Assembly (NCBI GenBank): GCA_034530875.2
Contig: JAVRCJ020000004.1
Location: 192,001-256,000, forward strand
DNA: 64,000 nt
Direction: 5' to 3'
DNA from: Nostoc sp. DedSLP01
GTDB lineage: Bacteria > Cyanobacteriota > Cyanobacteriia > Cyanobacteriales > Nostocaceae
Part shown: positions 11,340-21,487 of the stretch, in pieces
How the letters are laid out: every line of letters starts with the position of its first letter
Numbering within the stretch: the first letter of the stretch is position 1
Translations under genes and position numbers: made by a program
The notes under the pieces: generated by a model
What the model saw: the letters and a program-made list of their open reading frames with translations, nothing else
What the model was told of the DNA's origin: nothing
The model's database searches: none

Positions 11340-11747
11340 TCAAATAATCGATAAACTAGTAAAAACCTGGAATAATGATCGGGTAACAACCAGAGTGAAA
11401 AACTCACAAGGTAAAAAAGTAAAAATTTTTATCTTCGAGAATTGTTATGAATCAAAAATTCAGGAGTCAGGAACAGCTAGTGCAGTCTTTGGGAGTCAGT
11501 AAGTTCAGGGTTTATGCCATACCAGCTAACTGGTGTGTCTCCCCAGTTGAAGCAACTGGCGTTTAGAATTCAAAATGAATTCTCTACCACTGGTGGATGT
11601 AGCTTGCTTCGAGCTAGGAGTATAAAAACGGTGAAATACAACACAAATCTATAGTCGTGGGTTCCAATCCCCCACTAATTGATTCCGAATTCTCAATTCT
11701 TCTGCATTTAAAATTATTTTGTTTTTAGCTTTTAGTGTTATGAATCC

Positions 11748-13331
11748 ATGCCATCCCTGAATTTGGCGATCGCCCGTCTCTTAAACACTGGCACTGACAA
11801 CTTCGCCATTTGGGTGGTCAAGGCTCCCTATCCCAGTGGCTATGTTTTACGTGACTGCGTGTGGCCTGTTGAACTCACTCAAGTGTGTCAAGAATGGAAG
11901 CAAATGTTTGGTGGCGATAGTCGTTTAAATCTCCCCCCAAACTCAACATCTCAAAATACAAAGCCATTGCCCCTTGAAGCTATTTCATCCCCTTCAGGTC
12001 AGACCACTGGGCCTTACAGCAGTCGTCTGATGCAATACTTGGGAATGAGTTTATGGCGTTGGGTATTTGATGGCCCGATTCTCGGTAGTCTAGAACGCAG
12101 CCGCGGGATTGCTATGGGTCAGCATACACGCTTGCGCTTTCGTCTGGAAATTCGCGACCCAGATCTGATCGATCTACCTTGGGAAATTATGCAGCGCGAA
12201 CCCGGTCAATCGGCGATGTCTCTTTCCCAAGATTTGCTATTTAGTCGTACTAGCAGCGAAGTTGACCCGTTACCGTATTTACGTACTGACCAAGCTTTAA
12301 GCATTCTATTGGTTTTGGGTCACGATGAAAACCTACAACTAGAACAAGAAGCGCTGATTTTACAAGAAACTTTTATAGATACGCCAGCGGATAACAATTC
12401 GCAAAAATATGCCCCTTGCATCGTGAAGAAACTCTTGCAACCAACTCCAGAGGAGTTGATTCAAGAATTAGAAACTAAAGCATACAATGTTTTCTTTTAT
12501 GCTGGACACGGTTTGCCAGACCCAGACGGTGGGTTATTGTTTTTGCGACCGGGTATGACGCTCAATGGTATAGAATTAGCCCAAGCATTGAACCGTACAG
12601 GTGTGAAGTTAGCAGTTTTCAACGCTTGTTGGGGAGCGCGATCGGCACGGAGTAACAATAATCAAGCCATACCTGCCAGCAGTTTGGCAGAAGTATTAAT
12701 TAGGCATGGCGTACCAGCAGTTTTAGGGATGCGCGATGAAATCGCCGACCACGAAAGCCACAGTTTTATTCAAGCCTTTGCTGAAGCTTTGCGACTGTAT
12801 AAACCAATTGATGAAGCTGTTACCCAAGCGAGAAAAGAACTGTTAACACTATACAGATTTAATCAACCTGTTTGGACTTTGCCTGTTCTTTACCTACATC
12901 CAGATTTTAATGGCGAACTGATCAAGAATCTTGATGAAGGAGTTACGGAATTACCAGATACAGCAATTCCTGATGTCAGTTCTGCCGTTCCTAGTGCTTG
13001 TTTGCGATCGCTCTCTTCAAAAGGTAAAACTTGGTTATTGCGTTATGGTGTCACTCGCATCGGTCGCACTAAAGAGAATGATATTGTCATTCCCGAACCG
13101 TCTGTTTCTAAACGCCACGCTGAAATCTTCTGCCGTAATACCTTGACTGATGCTACACTGGTGCGAACTTATTATTTACAAGATTTTTCTACCTACGGAA
13201 CAACCTGGTTTTTAGGGCCTAATGGTTGGCAACAAATCCTCCGCGAGGAAGTCCCCTTGAAATCAGGAATGCAGCTAAAGTTTGGAAGTATTAGAGGTGA
13301 GGTCTGGGAGTTTATTATTGAAGACTCCTAG
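11748..13331 (+). CDS. CHAT (caspase/HetF) protease domain fused to C-terminal FHA domain
   Basis: LPWE, FFYAGHG (His), VFNACWG (Cys), WTLPVLY; FHA RIGR...SVSKRHAEI...STYGT. Confidence 0.85.
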   Translation: MPSLNLAIARLLNTGTDNFAIWVVKAPYPSGYVLRDCVWPVELTQVCQEWKQMFGGDSRLNLPPNSTSQNTKPLPLEAISSPSGQTTGPYSSRLMQYLGMSLWRWVFDGPILGSLERSRGIAMGQHTRLRFRLEIRDPDLIDLPWEIMQREPGQSAMSLSQDLLFSRTSSEVDPLPYLRTDQALSILLVLGHDENLQLEQEALILQETFIDTPADNNSQKYAPCIVKKLLQPTPEELIQELETKAYNVFFYAGHGLPDPDGGLLFLRPGMTLNGIELAQALNRTGVKLAVFNACWGARSARSNNNQAIPASSLAEVLIRHGVPAVLGMRDEIADHESHSFIQAFAEALRLYKPIDEAVTQARKELLTLYRFNQPVWTLPVLYLHPDFNGELIKNLDEGVTELPDTAIPDVSSAVPSACLRSLSSKGKTWLLRYGVTRIGRTKENDIVIPEPSVSKRHAEIFCRNTLTDATLVRTYYLQDFSTYGTTWFLGPNGWQQILREEVPLKSGMQLKFGSIRGEVWEFIIEDS

Positions 13332-13473
13332 AGAGCCTATTACATCAATAAATTTTGTTTAATCGTCAGCGTTTAAAATCTTTTTTTACTCTAGAGAAAA
13401 TCAACTTTTTTGCGGAAATCTCCTCTCGGCAATTGTAGCTGTCAATACCACTAAATAATCGTGAGGCAAAAAA

Positions 13474-14121
13474 ATGGCTAATAAAATTAACGGTTCAGAC
13501 ACTTTCTCTTCTTTAGAATCCCAAGTAGATTTAGAATTATTAGAAGCTTTACTAGAACCAGAGGATGCTACTTATCCTTGGGATCCCACGAATGAAGAAT
13601 CAGAAGCTTATTTTCAAGAATTAGAACAACAGTTTGGCATCTCAGATTTAATTGATGAAGATCTCACAAGGCGATCGCAAGATTTTTACAGCCATCTCGA
13701 CACGCTTTGGTCTGGCGTTTACCATAGCGAGACTCATTCTCAGAATCTTCAACAATCTCTAGTCCTGAATCTTCAAGAAATATTGCGCGATACTTTTTAT
13801 ACTTGCGTTCCCAAGGCATTGCTGAATGATATCGCTGCCAAAGCAGCTGAGATATTCTCTTCTCGTCAGTTAAGGGGCGAGCAACTCGTTGAGTGCGTTC
13901 AATCGGTACTACCAACTTGGGCAGCAGAGGATCTTTTAGTATTAGCTCGTCCTTATGCTTTTGCTATGCGAAGCAGCGAGTCGCATAATCCAACATCTGT
14001 GATGAGTAATTTGAATAATAGCGAGTGGACAAATTTATCTGAGATAGAGCAAGCAAAGATTAGCTTGGCGATCGCTTACTACGCTTTGACTCAACTCGAA
14101 AAATACAAATCTGAATCGTAA
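13474..14121 (+). CDS. Conserved hypothetical protein, apparently PatU3-like
   Basis: 215-aa acidic ORF; YPWD, GEQLVECVQSVLP and W..LSEIEQAKISLAIA resemble PatU3 as recalled (unverified). Confidence 0.7.
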   Translation: MANKINGSDTFSSLESQVDLELLEALLEPEDATYPWDPTNEESEAYFQELEQQFGISDLIDEDLTRRSQDFYSHLDTLWSGVYHSETHSQNLQQSLVLNLQEILRDTFYTCVPKALLNDIAAKAAEIFSSRQLRGEQLVECVQSVLPTWAAEDLLVLARPYAFAMRSSESHNPTSVMSNLNNSEWTNLSEIEQAKISLAIAYYALTQLEKYKSES

Positions 14122-14374
14122 CTTCCTATTTCTACTTTTTTAGAATAATTATATTTTTCAGACAGGTAAGTTTATCTGCTAGTATTGTGTTGCTTTTGAA
14201 ACACCTACCAATTTTGAGTTTGTTAACTATAACAATACTGAAGTAGGATAAGAATAGGCTAATTTGAAAATTAGACCATCTATCCCAAGATATACATATT
14301 TAATAACGATTCAAAATTGGGAATTGGGCATTAGCGATTATTCTTATCGCTCGCTCCCTCATCCCCCGCATTTC

Positions 14375-15757
14375 TTATCTAGGGCCAAGAAATCGAGTAG
14401 CAAAATTTTGCGATCGCGTGGGTGAAAGTGCCCGTGCTTTAAGAATTGCTGCCATCAAAAAGGCATAAGATAACACTCCAACAACAACTAACAGCAGGGC
14501 ATTAATCGATCCGGTAGCATTCCAAAGAGCGTGCAGTGCAGAGGCACTCAGATAACCAATAGAAAGAATTTGCCAGCTTCTAGTGGGCTTGAGAACAGCC
14601 AAACCGATAAAATAGCCTAAATAGCCGCTGTAAGCCATGTGTCCTGCTACAGAGCCTAAAATTCGCGGAATTAACAGTTGTAATCCCGCCAGTTGACCGG
14701 CTGCACCGATACCCACTTGCTGCGTGACATTTTGGGTGATATCCGGCACATATTGACCGAGAGTTTCTAATAAAGTAAAGCCCACAGCAGAAGCCGTTCC
14801 CAAGAGGATACCATCTAGAGGTTCCCAAACGCCTATGCGTTCCCGCCAAGGTGAAGACAACATTCTGCCAATGGCAAAAGCTCCCAGTATGGGTAAAGCT
14901 TTAAGTAATTCTTCCATCAACCCAGCACCAAAAAACATCCGCACCAGTAACTCTGTGAAGGTAGTGGAGTCTTGGGGCGAGGGTAAGTTTCCGGGTAATA
15001 AACCCCGAAATACAAAGATAAAGAAATCTAACAGCGGACTCAGCAATATCAGCATCGTACCCATTGCTGTAGCCATTAGCACCCACCAGGGCTTTTGTTT
15101 GCCGCAAAGTTGATACACAAAATAATAGGCAGCGAAAGCGATGTAACAAGCGACAATCACTTGATTAGCCTGTGGACGACCGACTGTAGCAAACATCAGC
15201 ACTACGAAAATTACAGTCAGTATTCCCGGTACGAGGTAAGCTTTGCGAGTTAAATCTTTACCAGTGGAAATAATCGGAAAAAGCTGAGTGAAGCTAACAG
15301 AATCAGGCTGTTTTAATTGGGTGTGGTTGTGGTAATTCGTTGCCGACGGTAGCGGTTTTAGCTGGTTAACAGTCGTTACTGGGGCTTGGGTGGTCAACTC
15401 ATACTCAAAAACGTATTGCGGTCCGTCAGAACCTAAAGAAATGCGATCGCCTGGGTGCAATTCTTGACATTCATACAAACGTTGTCCATTTAAATAAGTG
15501 CCATTAGCGCTATTAAGATCGCAAAGCACCCAGCTAAATTTGCTATCTGGAGATAAAGACAGGGGACGAACCACCGCATGACGACGAGATACCATTCGGT
15601 ACATCATGGCATCCAAGACAAGTTGGCAGCTGGGGTCGCGTCCAATTACTATCTCTTTACTGGGGGACAGCGAGAAGCGAGATTCCGCTTCTACACTTGC
15701 TCCGTTACCAGACACTAGCCGCAGAAATGCATTATGTCTTGCGTTTTTGCCTGTCAT
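14375..15757 (-). CDS. FHA domain plus PrsW-family intramembrane protease
   Basis: IGRDP...VSRRHA...DLNSANGTYLNG (FHA); multi-TM region with EELLK, GHMAYS, LHALWN (PrsW). Confidence 0.85.
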   Translation of the reverse strand: MTGKNARHNAFLRLVSGNGASVEAESRFSLSPSKEIVIGRDPSCQLVLDAMMYRMVSRRHAVVRPLSLSPDSKFSWVLCDLNSANGTYLNGQRLYECQELHPGDRISLGSDGPQYVFEYELTTQAPVTTVNQLKPLPSATNYHNHTQLKQPDSVSFTQLFPIISTGKDLTRKAYLVPGILTVIFVVLMFATVGRPQANQVIVACYIAFAAYYFVYQLCGKQKPWWVLMATAMGTMLILLSPLLDFFIFVFRGLLPGNLPSPQDSTTFTELLVRMFFGAGLMEELLKALPILGAFAIGRMLSSPWRERIGVWEPLDGILLGTASAVGFTLLETLGQYVPDITQNVTQQVGIGAAGQLAGLQLLIPRILGSVAGHMAYSGYLGYFIGLAVLKPTRSWQILSIGYLSASALHALWNATGSINALLLVVVGVLSYAFLMAAILKARALSPTRSQNFATRFLGPR

Positions 15758-16243
15758 TGATAAGAAGTGCGTTTCTAAACTAATTCTTAAAATAATTTGG
15801 TAGCCGGACTAACCTTAGCCACATCAACAGCAGCATTGCTAAATCCACTATAGCTTCACTGACTGGGAATAAATTTAAATTTCTTGATGCAAAATTTCAA
15901 ATTTTTTCACTCATCTAAATGTTAATAAGTATTTCATCCGTTGTCGCTTTCTCGAAACTTGGTTGTTAAGCACATCAATTCAGGTTTTATCGGTTATCTA
16001 CTTTTGACATCCTAGCTGTAAATTACATCTACGGCAATGTATTAAAAAAGTAGTTTTTATTGCATTTAGTTTGATTAACAAAATATATAATTGTCATCGG
16101 TTTATTATGAGTTATTTTTATTACTAGTATTGCTGTGTAGAAGCCAAAACAATCGTATTCTCAGCTTTTGCACCATTTTCAATAGTCTCTTTATTTCTCC
16201 AGTACTGTACTAGTAATTGACCAATACACTGCCTTGAAAATAG

Positions 16244-16440
16244 GGAGTAGGGAATGGGGAGTGGAGAATAGGGAAAAGAAATTTTCATTGTTCCTTGTGA
16301 GCGCAACTCATGGAGTAAGAGTGCAAAACTCTTTTTGTAAGAGGGGGCAAAGGGATGTATGTAAAAGGGAAAGGGTTTTTTCTTATCCCTTTCCCCTTTC
16401 CCCCTTACCCTTTTCCCGACTTCTGCAAGAAGTCTAATCT
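16244..16440. repeat. Intergenic STRR/dispersed repeat tract
   Basis: GGGAGTA/GGGAATG heptamers and CCCTTTC repeats with a GGGAAAGG inverted partner. Confidence 0.6.
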
Positions 16441-16639
16441 GTTTTGGGGTTGGAAAGTAGGGATTAAGGAATAGTGAAAGAAGCTGCCCCAAAGATTGAA
16501 TTAAGAGATTTTTGGCATCGGACTTTGATGGGATTGCATCAAAAAAACTCAGTAAATTTCTATCCGTTGTTGTCTATTCCCTGTTCCCTACTTACACGAG
16601 TAAGTTAGCCAAATCAAAACGGACTGTTAGATATTCTAT

Positions 16640-17242
16640 TTAAACAACTTTAGCTAGTTCTGGGTGTTCAATCTTAGTTCCAAGTACTTTGAGAAATTCT
16701 GCCAGCCAACGGGGATGAGCAGGCCAAGCTGGTGCTGTTACTAAATTACCGTCAACTATAGCCTCATCAACAGGGATATCGATATAAATACCTCCAGCAC
16801 TACTGATATCTGGGCCACAAGCAGGATAGCCAGTGCATCTTTTGCCTTGTAACACATTAGCAGCTGCCAATAACTGCAAGCCGTGACAGACAGCAGCGAT
16901 TGGTTTATTTGCTTGGGCAAAGTGACGGGTAATTTCTAGTACCTGTTGATTCAAACGAATATATTCTGGTGCCCGTCCTCCAGGAATTACTAGGGCATCG
17001 TAAGTTTCGGCTTTGATTTCTGCAAAGGTAGCATTTAAAGTGAAATTGTGACCTGGTTTTTCGCTATAGGTTTGGTCTCCTTCAAAGTCATGAACTGCTG
17101 TTCGCACCTTGTCGCCAGCTTTTTTATTGGGGCAAACTGCATGGACAGTGTGTCCCACCATTTGCAACGCCTGGAAAGGAACCATAACCTCATAGTCTTC
17201 TACATAGTCCCCAACCAGCATTAAAAGTTTCTTTGCAGCCAT
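16640..17242 (-). CDS. DJ-1/PfpI family protein
   Basis: [24 protein letters not shown] nucleophile elbow. Confidence 0.9.
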   Translation of the reverse strand: MAAKKLLMLVGDYVEDYEVMVPFQALQMVGHTVHAVCPNKKAGDKVRTAVHDFEGDQTYSEKPGHNFTLNATFAEIKAETYDALVIPGGRAPEYIRLNQQVLEITRHFAQANKPIAAVCHGLQLLAAANVLQGKRCTGYPACGPDISSAGGIYIDIPVDEAIVDGNLVTAPAWPAHPRWLAEFLKVLGTKIEHPELAKVV

Positions 17243-17531
17243 ATTTTTGCTACCCTCAGTTATTGTTTATTTGCTATTGGGCATTTGCAAAGGACAAATG
17301 ACAGTCTTAAAGTCTAAATGTCCAATTTAGACGCACATCAGCTAGTACGCTTATACGCAAATTTACCGATATTACAGCATTAATTATGCTGTAATGCACC
17401 ATCTCGAGGCTGCGAGTTAACAAAGTTTAACGCATCCTTAGATGTTATTTGCTAGTTAAGAAAAAGCAATAGAAACCATTGCCTAGTGTCTATTACTAGC
17501 CTCAACTATAATAATTAGCAATTGAGCTTAA

Positions 17532-17984
17532 TTAAAATAAATCAAATTCTGCGATCGCTTTGGGAAAGTTTTTGTTTTCATGCCCTGGGCGACTGAGTTT
17601 AATCAAGGCAAAACGCTGTAACGGTCTTAAAGCTGCCCATTTTTGTTGGGTCAGAACCACTCCGATTTCTTGCGCTTTTTCCTGGACAGTAGGCGGTATG
17701 GTATCAGAGTCAAGCCATGCCGGATGGGGTTCTATAGGCAATTTGCCAGCTGCTGTGCCCGTGCGTTGTAAAATCAACTCTTGGATATATTCGCGGTAAG
17801 ACTGAATTTCGGTTTCTGTAGTGCATGGTAATTCGACTAAAGCTTGACGCTCTGCTGTGGTCATTTGATTCCAATCAGACAATTTTAGCTTAATACCACA
17901 GGTATCTAATTTGCAACGCACCTGCATAGGAATGCAACGCAGGGAATCAACAAAATCTGCTTCAAATTCAAAAAATTCTGCCAT
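17532..17984 (-). CDS. narM: Nitrate reductase associated protein
   Basis: FEADFVDSLRCIPMQVRCKLD...LQRFALIKLSRPGHENKNF; in nir-nar cluster. Confidence 0.9.
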   Translation of the reverse strand: MAEFFEFEADFVDSLRCIPMQVRCKLDTCGIKLKLSDWNQMTTAERQALVELPCTTETEIQSYREYIQELILQRTGTAAGKLPIEPHPAWLDSDTIPPTVQEKAQEIGVVLTQQKWAALRPLQRFALIKLSRPGHENKNFPKAIAEFDLF

Positions 17985-18323
17985 AATAAAGTATTCAAAA
18001 TTAGCTGATGAGAATGTTGGTTGAGTAACGTAAAATTTCTGAATCGGGGTGACAAATACTGAGTATAAAATCCAGTAAATTTAATATAAATTAACTACAC
18101 AATGGTAAACAAGATGTCCACTCTACAAGATTTTTCATATTAAGATGCGTACTTTATTCCTGAGAAAGTTCTATTTTTTTAATATTCTCTAGGCTGCAAT
18201 GTTACTCAGGAAATAATTTTGAACTTATAATTGTTTTTGGGAAAAGATTAAAGGTTTTTCTTCGCCTTTTACCCCGAACATATTAGTATTGCCAAAATTT
18301 GTTATATCTGTTGTTTAAAGTTT

Positions 18324-18782
18324 TTACTTGTAAGTACTAAAACGAATTATTAAATAACTAACTGACAAAGCAAGAATAGCAGTACCTAGACCCATTATAT
18401 CAATACCTTCAACTTTTTCTAAATCAAGGATAATAATTTTTCTAGCGACAGCAATTAAAGATGTAGCAATAACTAATTCCACCTGAAAAACATGTTTTTG
18501 CAAATAGGCTGTGATGTTTTCTAGGATTTCTAAAGCAATTAAAATATTCAAAAATAAACCGAAAATTTGATATAGTGTTGTGCTAAACTTCCCGTAAGGA
18601 TCTGTAAATAATTCTTTGAAAATAAAGACTGATAAATCGGCGATCGCTACTAAAATTATAACTACCATAAAAAGAGATAAAATTTTAGAAACCAGCACTT
18701 CTACATTTTCAATCGCGTGCATGAAGTTTTGGTCTTTGGCAGTTCCTAAAATTACCTTCAGTAGCCTTTTCATATCCTGCAC
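18324..18782 (-). CDS. PsiE-family membrane protein
   Basis: Four TM segments, LIALEILENI...LIAVARKIIILD; between narB and narM. Confidence 0.8.
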   Translation of the reverse strand: MQDMKRLLKVILGTAKDQNFMHAIENVEVLVSKILSLFMVVIILVAIADLSVFIFKELFTDPYGKFSTTLYQIFGLFLNILIALEILENITAYLQKHVFQVELVIATSLIAVARKIIILDLEKVEGIDIMGLGTAILALSVSYLIIRFSTYK

Positions 18783-19026
18783 CCAAGTATAAAATAAAAT
18801 CCCATAGAGAAATCTAGAGGATTAACGATCGTTACTTAATCGATGCTTTGTAAGTTGTTTATTTCCTAAATTGAAATCAAGGCTTTTAAAGTTTTTTGTT
18901 CGTCCAAATTTTATCTCTTTAAAGATAGTAGTTGGAAACAGCCAAGAAGAGAGAAACAGAAAAATTAATAATAACTATTGACTATTGCTGATTACCAATT
19001 TTTGGTTGAGAGTTATAGTTAGCAGC

Positions 19027-21264
19027 TTACCTTTGTGAGGATTGGAGTTGATAATTTTTGACTGTAGGTTCCAGAAAAATGGGTATCAATTGTACTGCAC
19101 AGGCTTTTAATTCTGGTTGCAGGGAATCGGGGCAAGATTCGGGATGGGTGAGGGCGTTAGCTTCGGCATTATCTGCCCAGAGCGAACCCCAGTGCATGGG
19201 GACAAAAACTGTACCGGGTGCGATCGCTTTTGTTACTTTAGCAGGAAATTTAGCTTGGCCGCGAAGCGATCGCACTTCTACATACTGATTATCTACAATA
19301 CCCAACCGAGCAGCATCGCGGGGATGAATTTCGATAAAAGGTTCGGGATGCATTTTGCAAATTTTTTCAATTCGCCCGGTGCGCGTCTGGGTGTGCCAAT
19401 GGCCGTAAAGTCTTCCAGTAGTTAACACAAAGGGATAATCAGGGTTTGGTGGTTCTGCCAAACCTTTGGAGTAATACGCGCCAAATCGAGCGCGTCCGTC
19501 AGGAGTGTGGAAGCGTAAATCGGTGTAAAGGCGTTTGGAGGGAGTAGGGAGTAGAGAGTGGGGAGTAGGGGAAGAATCCCCATTCACTATTCCCCATTCC
19601 CCACTCCCCTGTTTTGGATGAGGCCATTGAGTCGGGCCTTGTGCTTTTAATTGGGCGTGAGAGATACCCGTCATGTTGCAGGGGCGATTTTTAGTTAGTT
19701 GGGCGAACTCGGCGTAAACTTCAGCGGAGTTAGCAAAGGCAAACTCTTTGGTAAAACCGAGACGGCGACCGACTTCGGCGAAGATTTCCCAATCTGGTTT
19801 CGCTTCTCTTGGCGGTTGGCGGAAGGCTTGACATAGAGTTACCATGCGTTCCGAGTTGGTCATAACGCCAGTTTTTTCACCCCATTGGGCTGCTGGCAGG
19901 AGAACGTGAGCGTAGGCAGAAGTTTCTGTGGGATAATAAGCGTCTTGGTAGATGGTAAAAGGCGATCGCAACAACGCTTTTTTTGTCCGTTCTAAATCTG
20001 GCATACTCACAGCCGGATTAGTAGCAGCAATCCAAAGTACCCCTACAGCATTATTTTCTAGCCCAGTAATCATGTCCCAAGCAGTCAAACCGGGATGGGG
20101 CGAAATTTGTTCTGGCTTAAGTCCCCAAAACTCCTCAACTTCTGCACGATGCTGGGGATTTTTTACTAGCCGATAACCCGGTAATAAATGCGCCAAACCC
20201 CCGGCTTCCCTTCCCCCCATTGCATTTGGCTGACCGGTGAGGGAAAAAGGGCCGGCTCCGGGTTTACCAATTTGTCCGGTCATTAGGTGTAGGTTGATGA
20301 TGGTTCTCACCTTAGCCGTTCCTTCTGAGGATTGGTTGACACCCATCGACCACAACGACAATACCCGCTTTGATTGACCCCAATATCGAGCTGCTGTTTC
20401 TAAATCATCAATACTGATACCACATTGACGAGCTACGACTTCTGGTGGGTAGTGGCGAATTACCTCAGCATAAGCAGGAAAATTACTGGTACAGTCATCT
20501 ACGAACATCGTATTAACGTAGTTCCAGCGCATCAATAAATGGGCGATACCGTTTAACAAGTCGATATCTGTACCCGGACGAATCGCTAAATGTAAATCTG
20601 CGGCTTCTGCGGTTGGCGTGCGCCGGGGATCGACCACAACCATTTTGACTTTGCGATTCTTTTTGTGATACTTTGCCAGTTTGTTGAAGGCGATCGGATG
20701 ACATTCAGCGGCATTGGTACCAATTAAAAATGCACAGTCGGTTAGCTCCAAGTCTTCGTAACAGCAAGGAGGGCCGTCTGAGCCAAAGCTTTGAATGTAC
20801 CCAGCCACAGCACTAGACATACATAAACGGGAGTTGGCATCAAAATTATTAGTACCCAAACACCCTTTCATGAATTTCTGGGCTATGTAATAATCTTCGG
20901 TTTGAAACTGACCAGAACCATACATACATATAGCTTCTGGCCCTTGGGTGAAACGCACGGTTTGAATGCGCTTGACGATGAGATCGAAAGCTTCATCCCA
21001 ACTAACACGACGAAACTCTTGGTCTAAAGAGTCTCGCACCATTGGGTAATGTAATCTATTTTTATCTAAAGATTCGGCGATGGTTGCACCTTTGACGCAA
21101 ACCATACCCTGACTGGATGGATGAGCTTTATCACCTCGCACCCGCCAAATTGGATTTCCTTGGTTATCTCGATTGGTTGCTTTGCCAAGTTCTGCTGGAG
21201 GGGAAACTTCTAATCCGCAACCGACACCACAGTAAGGACAGAGGGTTTTGGTAAATTCAGTCAT
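19027..21264 (-). CDS. narB: Ferredoxin-nitrate reductase
   Basis: CPYCGVGC...C [4Fe-4S] motif, [11 protein letters not shown], molybdopterin domain, QPELKACAV. Confidence 0.97.
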   Translation of the reverse strand: MTEFTKTLCPYCGVGCGLEVSPPAELGKATNRDNQGNPIWRVRGDKAHPSSQGMVCVKGATIAESLDKNRLHYPMVRDSLDQEFRRVSWDEAFDLIVKRIQTVRFTQGPEAICMYGSGQFQTEDYYIAQKFMKGCLGTNNFDANSRLCMSSAVAGYIQSFGSDGPPCCYEDLELTDCAFLIGTNAAECHPIAFNKLAKYHKKNRKVKMVVVDPRRTPTAEAADLHLAIRPGTDIDLLNGIAHLLMRWNYVNTMFVDDCTSNFPAYAEVIRHYPPEVVARQCGISIDDLETAARYWGQSKRVLSLWSMGVNQSSEGTAKVRTIINLHLMTGQIGKPGAGPFSLTGQPNAMGGREAGGLAHLLPGYRLVKNPQHRAEVEEFWGLKPEQISPHPGLTAWDMITGLENNAVGVLWIAATNPAVSMPDLERTKKALLRSPFTIYQDAYYPTETSAYAHVLLPAAQWGEKTGVMTNSERMVTLCQAFRQPPREAKPDWEIFAEVGRRLGFTKEFAFANSAEVYAEFAQLTKNRPCNMTGISHAQLKAQGPTQWPHPKQGSGEWGIVNGDSSPTPHSLLPTPSKRLYTDLRFHTPDGRARFGAYYSKGLAEPPNPDYPFVLTTGRLYGHWHTQTRTGRIEKICKMHPEPFIEIHPRDAARLGIVDNQYVEVRSLRGQAKFPAKVTKAIAPGTVFVPMHWGSLWADNAEANALTHPESCPDSLQPELKACAVQLIPIFLEPTVKNYQLQSSQR

Positions 21265-21285
21265 GGTAGTTGTATGGGAATAAGT

Positions 21286-21484
21286 TCACGCAGAGGAGCC
21301 ACTGCGCCCTTGCGGTTCCCCGACTTGTACCGCTAACGCGGAACCCGAAGGGTAGCAAGTGGCGTCACGCAGAGTCGCAGAGAAGAGATAAAGAGAGTTT
21401 TATTCTTACTCTCTGTGTCTCTGTCTTGAAAAGTTCAGATCGCCGGAAACCGGCGCTCCGACTTTTCGCTGCGACTCTGCGTGA
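21286..21484. mobile_element. Nested small dispersed repeat / MITE-like elements
   Basis: 16-bp IR TCACGCAGAGTCGCAG (21365-21380 / 21469-21484); insert 21296-21364 flanked by TCACGCAGAG direct repeats. Confidence 0.6.
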
Positions 21485-21487
21485 TAT

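Noticed and set aside
11655..11680. GTGGGTTCCAATCCCCC resembling a tRNA T-arm
   Set aside because: No D-arm, anticodon arm or acceptor stem; lies within a repeat-bounded element.
16124..16492. ORFs 16124-16492 and 16234-16437
   Set aside because: Composed of STRR-derived low-complexity sequence.
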